Assembly (NCBI GenBank): GCA_036172245.1
Contig: JAYWIR010000009.1
Coordinates: 930,001 to 994,000, forward strand
Length of the DNA: 64,000 nucleotides
Source: Raillietiella orientalis
Taxonomy: Eukaryota
Direction: 5' to 3'
Shown here: positions 39,701-61,332 of the stretch, in pieces
Numbering within the stretch: position 1 is the first letter of the stretch
Layout: each line of letters begins with the position of its first letter
The notes under the pieces: generated by a model
Database searches by the model: none
What the model was told of the DNA's origin: nothing
Seen by the model: only the letters and a program-made list of their open reading frames with translations
Program-made: the position numbers and the translations under genes

Positions 39701-42234
39701 GGCGATCTGATAGCTTGGAGGCGGCGCCGACTCGAAAGGAAGCAGCAGAAGAAGAAAAAAAGCGAAAAAGAAAGAAAGAATGAAAAGAAAGAGAATAAGG
39801 TCGCCGGCAGTGTGCCGACGGGGAGGATGCCAAATCAGGTGATGCGCGAGAGAAGTAGCACGTGAGCATGATTCATCGGCGGCGATGCGCAGCCTCCGAA
39901 ACACGCACGCGCCGAGTGGTGGTGGTGGTGTGTGCGTGGGGGGGATAGGGGGGGGAGCCCGCAATGCAGCATCGCGTTCCTGTCCTCTTCCTGTGGTGCG
40001 ATCCAGGAAGTCTGCTTGCTTCCTGCAGCTCGGGAAGGGGGAAGGGGGTTTCCAGGTACGGTTGTGCGGGAGCTGCGCATGCCAGAGAAGGCGTGCGCAG
40101 CTCTGTCGTGACTGCTGCGAATGCTGCAGGTGTCTCGAAGGGCTCAGGGGAATGGGGGGGAACGCTGAACCAAGGGTATGGGACCAGTGGCTCTTGTCGG
40201 GGAGTCTGACCGCGAAGTGAGGGAGTCTCGGTTGGGCCAGAGACTGCTGCTCGCTCACCCCAGACCGTCTCCTCAAGGGAGCGACTTGTCTGGGAATACA
40301 CCAATGCAGGAAACAACTTTGGTTCGCGTGAGGACGGAGTCTCTCTGCAAAGGCGTGGCAACTCCGGGTCTGCGGCGTGTGCCATTCCCGCTCGGTTGCT
40401 GTGCCTCGGGCACCGGGAATTTCTGAAACTGACGTCACCCGCGAAGACTCTGGAGGGAGACGGACCACGGTTCTCTCGTTCCCCGGCTGGGATTACGAAC
40501 GGATGCTGCTCAGAGGTGGTTCTTTTCGCTCCTCCGACAGGGCAAGGGCGGAGGAAATTTCGCCAGAGACGAAGCTGCTTGGCGACGCCTCCCGCCTGGT
40601 TATTCTTCCCTGGAGGTCATCCATTTGCGCAGCTGCGACCTCCTCGGCTCCGGTTGCGAACTCTCGGCGGCGCGCGCCGCCGCGAATCCTCTGGGAAACG
40701 TCGCCCGTTCTGTCCACGCGCCACCTCCACGCGTTTCCCGCTGCCCCAAGATGGTGGTCCCGCTCTGGGCGTGGCTTCGGCACGCTGTCGGCATCGCTCT
40801 CGATCCACTGCGCAGCCGCCCCGCCTCTTGGATCCCTCTGGCGCCAGCCGTCCGCGGGTCCCTCCCTCTCTCTCTTCTAGCGCCGCCGAACGCCGGGAAC
40901 GCCCTCGGTCGCCCGCTTCCGGGGCGGTCGAAGAAGTGGCGGAGCAGGCGTTTCTCTCTCGCGCGTGGAGGCGTCGGTGGACGCGCCTGCTGCGCCCGCC
41001 CTCCTTCCCTTCGGTTCCTCCCGATGGCTTCTAAGATGATACGAGGAACTGGAATTCAGTACAAGAGTCGTTATTTGGAATCTGCAATGAAGACCAACAG
41101 TCGCTTCCGGGGATTAAAAATTTACTGCAAGACCGGAACCGCTGTCATCCCTTTGGGTACATGGGAGAAAGCAAAACGAAGTGAGAACACCACAAAGATC
41201 TTTACGGATTAAAGATTTTTCTCCCTATTTGAAACATTGGCGCCGACGCGCTTCCCCGGCCTCGCAAGTCAACCGCGCGAACTTTCCGCTTTCCCAGGAA
41301 GCTCCCTCCCGGGGGGGGAAATTTTGTCCAGACGACGACCGGAAAAGAGCGAAATGCCGACTTCCTCCGCCGCCTCTTCGCGTGTGCGCGCTTTCGCTCT
41401 TCGGCGCGCGATCGGGTTGTTTCGAAAGGGACCGTCTCGGAGGCGCAGCCGACGCCCTTGAGGCTGCGCCGGACGGGCGGCGGAAGCGGAAATTCCACTT
41501 TCATCGGAAACCCGACTTCTCGACCACCCGCGCGCCTCCGACGCCGCTCGGTACCGTCGCGCGCGGTGGATCTCCTCCCGAGAACGCCCGAGGGGAAGCG
41601 GACGCCTCGGAGGTTTGGCGGGGTCTTCCGCGCGCGCGGCGATTTCCTGCGCTCCGTCTCCAGGGAAACGGGTCTTGTCGGGCGGCTTCGGCACCCGTTT
41701 GCGGAACGCCCATCGGCCGAAGGGATCGCGATGCTACCCTAGAACACTGTGTGCGGCTTGCGTCGAGCTCGCGTCTCGATGGGCAGACATCCTTCCGCCT
41801 TGGCGGTGGGCCGGAGAGAGCACCGGGCGTCGCCCAGCGTCCCGCAGCAGCTCTGCCGCCCGAGTATCGGGCGTCCCTCCGCGCCTAGGTTCCTGCCCGG
41901 AACCGTTCGATGCATCGTCCCGGGATCTTCCGATCGGAACGGAGGAGGCTGCGGGGAGGGAAGATCTGCCTGCGGAGGTATCCTCTTGGAAGAACTACCC
42001 GCCCCGAGCAGGGGAAGAGCTTGGGGGTAGGGTCGCATCACCCGCGCCGCCATGTGATCCGCATAATGGGTGGCCGGAAGCGGCAAGGGCACTCCCTTGC
42101 CGCTTCCGGAGAGAACCGAACGCGCGGATGGCACGAGGTCTTCGGGGGCAGCCCCAACAAGTTTTCGGAGGCAGGAATGGACCGGAAATGGAAATGCCTA
42201 CGAGCGGTCAGATGAAAAACTGCTGATGCGCAAA

Positions 42235-42254
42235 ACACACACACACACACACAC
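42235..42254. repeat. (CA)n microsatellite
   Basis: acacacacac run. Confidence 0.85.
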
Positions 42255-43354
42255 GGAACACCGACACTGCATCAAGGATTTTTCCGGAGACGGCAGGAAG
42301 GAAAAGCACGGGGTCGAGTTCATGAGTTACGAAGAGACCACTCGGTGATCTACAGAGTCAACACGGGTCGACAGAGGATGCTGCTGCCGTATTCGCTTAC
42401 CTCGAGGGGCTCTCGCTCCGGTGGAAGAAGGGCCGGAACTCCCACCAGTTCGTTCCCTCCATCGGCAGGGAGGGCCGCCGCCGGACGCGCCGCCGTCTCC
42501 GATCAGCATCCTCCGAAGATCCGGTGACGATGCGCGCCAACATTTTCCGGGAAGGAGCTCGCGAGGCACGCGTCGCGTCTGTAGGGAAAGTGGAGTCCTC
42601 GTTTTCCTGAAGCGCCGATTGCAGGTCGTGCAAATGCCTTTCGGGTTCTTCCTCTTCCTCTGCTTTTTCTTTTTGGTTCCCAAAGGATTGCTGAAGAACC
42701 GTTCTCACGGGGACTCACGAAGCTCTTCGACTCCACCTGAGGGTGCGTGCAACCCATCAGGTTGTAGGGAGTACCCTATGAATCCAGGAAGGCTTTGGGT
42801 AGGAAGGAGTCCGTTCCTCTCACGCCCGGGGAGGAAGTCCCGATCTCCATCCTGGCTGTCTCCGAAGGGAATCCCCGAGGGAACCTCTTCCTCATTCTCT
42901 CCGGAATGGATCCCCGGTTTGTGGATGCCTCTTCTCATTTCTTCTCCGGAAGGAACCCGGAAAGGATCTTCTGCTTGCTCCTTCCGCTGAAGAAGATCCC
43001 GAAGGGACGCTCCAAATGTCTTTGGAGGGAGCTCTCTGAAGGAGCAGTGCGCTTCCTAGACACTCTAAAGAGGCAACCCCCTGAGGGAAGGGGTATTAAC
43101 CAGCTCCATGGTGCACAATGGAGGGTCATCCCCCGAGGAGAAGGGACGGCTCCATTCTCACAACTGCAGGGGGAACCAACTCCTTGATTCCTGAAAGGAC
43201 GCCGGAAGGGGTCAACTTCCGATCCCTGCCAGTCAACGGTGGCATCCAGTTTCCACCAGTGCCGCACCCGAAACCTATAAGCCAACCAGGGTCGTCTTGA
43301 GGGGGGAAGGGGGAATTGAACCCGATAGTCCCATTCTCGGCGTCGATCCTCCGC

Positions 43355-43418
43355 TTGGGGATTCGAACCCGCGACCTTGGAACAGCGCGCGGAGACTGCA
43401 GCCACACGGCCGCCAACT
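43355..43418 (-). mobile_element. tRNA-derived SINE-like head
   Basis: The minus strand has a box A-like TGGCGGCCGTGTGG followed by GGTCGCGGGTTCGAATCCC (box B/T-arm). No complete cloverleaf. Confidence 0.4.
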
Positions 43419-46400
43419 CAGGCTATTCGCTCCCCAGCTGGCGACTTGGAGAGTCGCTCCCCCGAGAGCCGATTACCCGGTGGCGCTCCTTCGGGCTGAG
43501 ATGGCCGAGTACGTTGCTTTTTGCGCAGCGGGTTGCGAGGATTCGCGTGAGAGAGGCTGGCTGGCTGGCTGACATTTCTTCTCCGAGGGGAACCCGGAGC
43601 CATAAGGTCGTGCGCGATGATGGCCATGAGGGTGCTAAGTTCCGACCGCGAGCGCTAAGGGTCAGCTGCCTGAAAACGAGTGCACCTAGGAGATGAAGAA
43701 GCGACTGCTCCACGGGTGGAACGAGATGGCACCTCCAGAGGAAAACGCCCTGAGGCAACCGCGGGCAACCGGACTCTATTTTGTTGCCTCTGACCGTGCT
43801 GCTCCTTTGCTCCTCGAAAGAGGAGATACAGAGAGCAGTTCGAGATTCGTGGATTGCACGTGATGCGTCCGCATCACTAACAGCCGCGAGGTCTTCCGGA
43901 CGCGCACGCCCTGGCCTACGCTGCGCACGGCGGCGACTGCAGACGCAGTTTCCGTCCGGCGGGTTTTGGCTGGAGGAAGGAAAATCTGCGAGTCGGAAGC
44001 ACAGAAAGCTGCTCTGGCTGGCCGAGGTGCTCCAGCGCGCGCCCGGATGATGACGTCGGGACCTGCTCGGATGGAAACGCCGGAAAGGGGAGAAAAAATC
44101 CAAATGAGACCTTCTCCTTGGATCCGACGCCCTCGAACTCGGATTACTCGCCTGCCCGAACGGGAACCCCGTGAAATCAGACTGATTAGGCCACAACCGG
44201 GATCTGCTGCACTCCAGAAACACTTCCACGTTCTCGCAGAGTATGCTCGTGGAGCGCCTCAGCGCAGAAGGGGAACAGGGGGAAGTCCCGCTTCGTCCTT
44301 TGGATCCAGAGGAGCGGAAGGACTTCTTTCGCTGGTTTGGCTTGCTTTCACTTTCATCCTCCACGTGCACTGAGGGTGAGTGTGCGCGTGAGGACGAGGA
44401 GGAGGAGGAGGGAGGAGACGGAAGATGCTTCTTCCAGTTTCACTGTTGGTTTTCCTTTCATTTTCCAGATCCGGTGTTGACTTCCGTCCACCTTTCCTTT
44501 AGATCTTCACCCGTGTGTGATTACCCTCTGTAACCCATGGTTCTCCCCTCCAAACCGTCGCATCCTGATTCGCTGATAACCTGCACCAGAGTTTTCAGCT
44601 TCCAGAAGGAACCACCCTCTGAAATGCCTCGGGCGGACAGGAGGACACATCTGCGGATCCCGTCAGACACTCGTTCTCATGCACTTCTCTGCGGGTGGAT
44701 CGCTTGGCACGCTTAGCGAGCAATGGAAGCTCATCCTTCGATTCCAGAGCGGTTTGAAAGCTACCCTGAGACTCCTGCGCGGCTCTGGAGCGACAGCGCT
44801 GCCGATGGGGGAGAAGGCACTCGGATGAAGTTCCCATGGATGGATGCGGATGTCCCACAGCGTCTCGAAGGCAGCAGCAGGCAATGAGGAAGGACTAAGG
44901 AGCGGAGTTTCCAGGAAAACAGTCCAGGGGAAGAAACTGAGGTTCCCGCATCGCGGGAGGAACGGACGCCGTTTGCTTCTTCTACCAGATTCCTTCCTTT
45001 CTCCCCTCTCCTGCCCCCTCTGCACCCGAGAAACTTCTTCCAGATTTTCCTCACCTTTCTTGTTCTTCCATCCATCCTGTTTTCTGTTTTCTTTTCGTTC
45101 TTTTCCTGGTTCCGTCTCATCTGTTGGTGATTCTATTCTCGCTGCTGTTCGTCTTGTCCGATCTGTTGTTCCTTGTTCGGTTTTACTCTTTCACGGGTCC
45201 TTCCTTGTTTAGGAGAAAGGGTGAGCGTTGGCTAAAGAGCTGGGATGAGGCGGCTCCGTTCCTCTCTGGCGAGACTTCCCGTAGTGCTGTCCGCCAACCC
45301 TCCGGTTCCCTTAGTCTCTCTCCGTAGCCTCTCTCGCTCGAGCCTCCGCCGCGCCAGACTGGCATGGATCCGGGGGCTGCGTCCGAGGTCCTCCAGCCAG
45401 CCGTTTACCCCTGCCTACGGGAATCTCCGTCCGGGGGATCTCTCGTCCGAGGAGTGCGTGTTCGCGACGGCTGCGGTTTCGCGGGATCGCTCGGCGCTGC
45501 TGCCATCTCGTGGCGGAAGGCCGCTGCTTCGCGATCACTGGTGGGAAATCTCAAGATGTCGCCAAGGATGCGCCCCTGCTCTGCCCCTGAGCCCGCAGCA
45601 CCCGGAGCGGGGAGTCGCTGTTTTAGAAACCGAATCCAACCTGCCGATGCCACGCACAAGGGGTAGGGGTGGGGGATAGGGGCTCTCTGACCTCTGGTCG
45701 TAATGAAACAGTGCATCCTGAGCAGGTGAAAATGACCTCGAACTGTTACAGCAATCGGGACTGGTCCAGGCCCAGGGGACTGGCGCTCTGGTGGGAGTTG
45801 GGCCGTCACCGTCCGCCGTCGGACCCCAGGGCGTTTCAAACTGTTACCTCCTCCCCCTTCCATCCCCTCCGGAGTAGTGCGGCACTTCTTCCGCCGCTAT
45901 TGCGGCCTGGCAATCCATCTGCCTCTGTCGGCGCCAGATGGAGCTTCCGGGAGGCTGAGTTGCGAGTTCCGCGGCACGCGTTCACATTCCTTGGGAGGCG
46001 ACGTTCCCGATCGCTTGGCTTTCCAGGACTGCAGCTGCGCCTTCTCCAAGCAACGTTCCTCCTACTCGCTTTGGTGCTTGCCCGAGCCCAGCGAGGCATG
46101 CCGGAGGACTTCACGGGAGCGTCAGCTACCCCACGGCCCGCCGTCTCAGGTCGCCGCGGGCCCTTGCGACCTAATCCACTGCTCTCTTCGGTCCGCAGGA
46201 AAAGCAGCCGTGCACGCGCGCGGGTGAGACTGGGGGAAGGAGGAGGAGGACGAGGCAAGCGTGACGTCATCGCGTATTCTGCCCGCCCGCACGGGAGAGC
46301 GCCAGATCTGCAGCGCACCGCAAGATCGGGGGAGCGGGTTCCGAATGCAGGCTGTGCCAGGGGCAGAGAGGAGCGCGGAGCAAAGGGCAGGCGGACTCCG

Positions 46401-47744
46401 CCGACCCGACCCCCGGGCTCTTGCCCTCCATCCGAATGCCGTCGTCCCGGTGAGGCCACCTCCACGGGGCGGGACGACGGGGACCCACCCTCCCCAGCTG
46501 GCGAGCCTCATTCGCAGGCGAGAGGAGCTGGAAGGATGGCCGATAGCCGGAGGGTGCGGTGCGGCGGCTCCGCTTCACGGGCGGTCGGGGAGACCTTGGA
46601 AGGTCGACCATGCCGGGTGGTCGTCCCCACCTCCGAAGGAGGTCCGCTCGTTCCTACGGCGACCTTCGCGGCGTGGCGCGCGCGACCGGATCGCGAGCCT
46701 CTCTCGGAGCCGAGAGGAGGAGGAGGAGGAGGAGGAGGCAAACGAAGATCAAGGAGATCGGAAGAGGCAGAGAAGCTGCGGAGCGCCTCGGGGAACGGAC
46801 CACCTTGCAGAGGGTCTCCCCACGGGTGCTGCCGTCACTCCGCACGGTTTCGCGAACAGCGGCAGGAGGCGAGCGCGCGCGGAAACGATTCGAAAGTGAC
46901 GCAACAATCGCGTGTTCCCCCCCTCTTCCGTCTCCCCCCTCCCCCCCCCGCTGTAGGGAACGCGCGCGTTGGCTTCCGTTCAAAAGTAGTAACGGGGAAT
47001 TCACGAGAGGCCTCCAAGAACCTGGAGCTACCCGGCCGGATGAAGGCGTGTCCGAAGGAAGGTTCTGGAAGCCCCGAAACCGCAGGTCGTATCCTCGGCT
47101 CCGCCGCCGTTTGCCCCCGAGCGTGCCCTGAAGTGCGTCGCGGAGAGCGACCTTCCCTCCAGCCTCCAGCTGGGCGGGAGGGCCTTGGGAGAAGGGGCAG
47201 GGTTCAAGGAGGGGCTTGGGCGGCACATAGGTCGTTTCGCGCGCAGGGGGGGGGGGGGAGGGGGGAGGAGAGCTAGGACGGCCCCGGGTGACCACCCTTC
47301 GCCGCTGCTGCCACAAGGGAGAAACGCCGCGCTCCGCCATCTTGCGCGGCCATTCCCTCCCGTGGCAGTCAGGGCGAGGATGGAGGGGGGAAAGGAGGGA
47401 GGGGGTTGCTCTCGCGCAACGAGCTCGAGGAGGTCACGTTCTCTACAGCCGCCTGCCTCGAGGGAGGGCCACCCCCGAGGGTCCCTCTGAGTGCAGAGAA
47501 GCAGCTCCCGTCTTTCTCTCCCGGTGGAGGTGGCTGCGCGGCTCCTTCGCTTGCCGCTGCGTCCCGAAGGAGGCGGCGCCCCGGGAGCCGCGGTGGCAGT
47601 GGGCAGAAGGAAGTTCTCCGGTCTCTCAGGGCGGTGGTTGGGTTCGAACGCGTGGCGGCGTCTTCGGGAAGCCCCGCATCATCCTTGCAGAGTGCACCGT
47701 TCCCATGGAGAGTTCATCCAGAGGCGGAAGAGCACTCAAGCAGA

Positions 47745-48065
47745 GCAGTAGCGGTAGTGGCAAAAGAAGTAGTAGTAGTAGGAAGAGCTGGGGAGTAGGA
47801 AACGTTGTAGTAGTAGTAATAGGAACAGTAAAAGGAGTAGGAGTAGGAAATTTTTAGTAGTAACAGTAGAAGTGGTAGTAGTAGTAAACGAGTAGGAGTA
47901 GGAGTTGAAGTAGCAGTAGTACTAATAGTAAAAGTAAGAGTGGTAGTCATAGTAGTAAGAAAAGTACGGGTGGTAATTGAATTAGTAGTAGGAGGGGTAA
48001 GAGGGATGGGAGTTGGCGTAGGAGCAGTAAAAGAAGGGGTAGGGTAAAAGTAGGAGTAGGGTGGA
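47745..48065. repeat. Degenerate (GTA/GGA)n low-complexity tract
   Basis: agtagtagtagg-type units over about 320 bp, almost free of C. Confidence 0.85.
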
Positions 48066-50688
48066 AATAAGCGTAAATGCACACTGCTCCCCCCGAGGGT
48101 CACGAGGGTGCTCGGAGGAGCCGCCCCGAGACCCTCACCCGCCTTGGCACCTCTCGATCGAGTTCCCTTCGAGCAGGGAGCACCTGGGGTCCCCAGTCGG
48201 AAGGAGGAACCCCCGAGTCCGCTGGGGCAGGAAGAAGGGGAGGTCCCTCGCCACTGAAGAAGAGAAGCGGAGGCGTGCAGTGCGTACCGTCGCGAAAAGA
48301 ATCGCAGTCAAACCGATGCCTAGGACTGGCAGCGGCGCCCGTCGCGGGTGAGGCCTTCAGGCGCCTTCTTCGGACACGGAAGGAGGCTCCTCTCCCCTAA
48401 TTGGGATGGGAAAAAGGTGGGAGACCCTGCTGACTGGCGCGAGAGAGTGGGAAACGGAAACCTCGGCGGCGCTTCCGCTCCTCGTGGGACTTGGACGACT
48501 GCCGGGGTCTGGCCGGAGTGCAGAGGGCCTTGCGGCAGAGCCACGACCCTGCCCTCTTGTGCACCCCACGCCTCGGGTGTTCAGCCGGAAGAAGATGCGC
48601 CCTCAAAAGAGGGCCCAACCCCTGTCCTCCTTCCTTCGCCCCCCTCTTCTGCCACAACCCTTGTGGGTCGAGACCTTGGCCCACCCGAGGCGAGGATTTC
48701 CGAGTGGTCCGATGGGTTTCCTCCCTCCTTCAAACTTCCCGTGAGACCCGAGCGCGCCATTCCGGGCCGCATGGGGCAACGGTGAAGGAGAACTCCGTAT
48801 CCTTCCGCCTTGCCATCCCTGCAGCCGCTGCTGCTGGGGGCGCGAGCTGCTCCCGAAGAGTGGCGGCGCCGCAGTCCGCGGGGCCGCGCGAGGGATCCGC
48901 GCTGGCGCTTGAGATGGCCTTGGCTCTCTCGGTCGGCTGACGCAGCCACTGTCAGATGCCGATCGAGGAGGGCGACGCGCCCCCAGGCGCTCTTGGAACT
49001 GACCGGGGGGCGCCGCCACGGCCACAATTCGGAGCTTCGAAACACAGGCACCGGGGGGGCGACGGGAGCGCGGAGTGGAGTCCCGGCGCCCATTCTCGGG
49101 CGAAGGGAGGCAGCCGTCCCCGCCTTGGCGAGGAGAGGCCAGGGAGCACCATCAGTGGGCGCCAGTCTCCTGGCTCCGCTGTAGCCTTCCTCGCACCTTT
49201 CTCGCGCCGCTGCTTTTCCAGGCTGCCGGCAGGTGGCAGCATTGGAGTGCGAGCGGACCCAGCAAGCTGCTCTCCCCGCCTGCCCCCTTTCCACTCTCCC
49301 GGCCTTGGGTAGCACCTGTCCCACTTTCCTCGAATGCCTCTTTCACTCTTCCCAGCGAAGCTCCTATGCGCGCGTCCGTTCCCGTCCCGTGGTTGTTAGG
49401 CAACCGAAAGTGAAAGCGATGCGCGCGCTTCGTGCGCGCGCACCGCCGCTCCTCTCTAGAAGAGAGCGGACTTTCACGACTCCTCCCTCTTCTACTTCCT
49501 CCGGAACGTGGATCCACTCTCGCACTCCTCCGGGTTGCTTTGTTGGAGCACCCCAAGACTTTAGGAAGAAGGGGGGAAGGGAAAGCGGGTGTCCTAGTCG
49601 CTCGGCGGCCACCGGCGAGTGCCGGACGCCGTCGCTAGCAGGGACCTCTTTCCAAAAGACCCCCGGGAGTGCGCCTTGGGTCTTCCGATCTCCCTTCTCC
49701 TCCCCGAGCAGCCCGTCCGGTTTTCTTGGAAGCGTCTTTTCTCCCGCCAGGGAGCTCTCTGACGACGGCGCTTCGAATCATCACGTGATTCTACTTGGCG
49801 GGAGTGCGGACGAAGGTGGGGCGTGACTTTCGCAGTAGGGGCGTGCGCGCACGCGGCGAAGAGGGTCAGATTGGCTGCTGTGCTCGCCGCTGCACCGCCT
49901 CTTCCTCCTGGCCGGAGCGGGGTCGCTAGCCGCGGACGGTCCCGCGAGGTGGAGACCCTCCGGTGGCCGCCTCCAGTGCCGCGAGTGCCCCTAGGGTCCA
50001 GGGAGCGCCCCTCCTCCCGGTCGTGGTCTTCCCGAGCCTGGCTCCGAGATGACGCCTTCCGCCTCTCCGCGTCCTCAGATTCCAGCGCTCGCCACCAGAG
50101 GGCATCGCGAGACCCCTCCTTTCTCCCCTCCCTCCGGACTCCCTGGAGCGGTTTTGACCCGGGGCCTGACTAGCGGGGAGTCGTGGGTCTGTGCGCGGAG
50201 GAGGAGGATAGGGACGGTCTTCCTACGCGCCTACGCGCGAGCATCGCACCTCTGGCCCGACAGCACACCAGCAGCTCCATCATTTGCAGCGGCCTGCCGC
50301 AGCAGCACCGTGCTGCGGCAGGCGGGCAAATGACAGCCGCCTCTTCCCTCCCCCCCTTCCTTCCCGTGCCGAAGGGAGGGGCGCGACCGCTCCCGGGTGA
50401 AGGTTCCGGCAGAGTCGGGGCGGCGCCGGAGTGCGTCTGGCAGGGCCACAACTTCCTTCCTCCCTCCCCCCCCCCTTCCTCCCCGAGGGCGTGCGCTTCC
50501 GCGGTCCGCCGCGCGGCGGCGCGCCGCTCCTTCCCCTGCCGACCCTCGCGCGCGCGCCTCGGAGGAGCGGCGGCAGAGGCAGCGGCAGCCGCTCCACTGG
50601 ACCGCGCCGCTGCTTTCCCAACCTTCCCCGGGCGGTTCCTCAGGCGACCGCCCGGCTCCGGAGGGCGCGCAACCTTGGAGCCGCCGAA

Positions 50689-50722
50689 AATAAAAGTGGC
50701 CTCCGCCTGTACGCCCTCAGTG
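50689..50722 (+). promoter_or_regulatory. Putative core promoter of the ZP gene (TATA-like element plus initiator)
   Basis: AATAAAAG at 50689 lies 30 nt upstream of the A of a TCAGT initiator (50717-50721), about 120 nt before the ATG. Confidence 0.5.
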
Positions 50723-50836
50723 CTTCCTCGCGAGGTGGCGCGACCGACTCAGCCCGGCCTCCTAGGGAAGAGCGTGCTTGCGCATCTCCTGCCCTGAAGA
50801 GGAGAAGAAGGACAGGAGGAGGAGGAGGAGGAGCTA

Positions 50837-61332
<10,496 letters not shown>

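Noticed and set aside
45669..47276. 535-aa ORF including a signal-peptide-like LLQATFLLLALVLARAQ stretch at about 46030-46090
   Set aside because: Arg/Gly/Pro-rich GC noise, with no ATG or canonical donor around the hydrophobic stretch. The ZP signal peptide is explained by 50837-50984.
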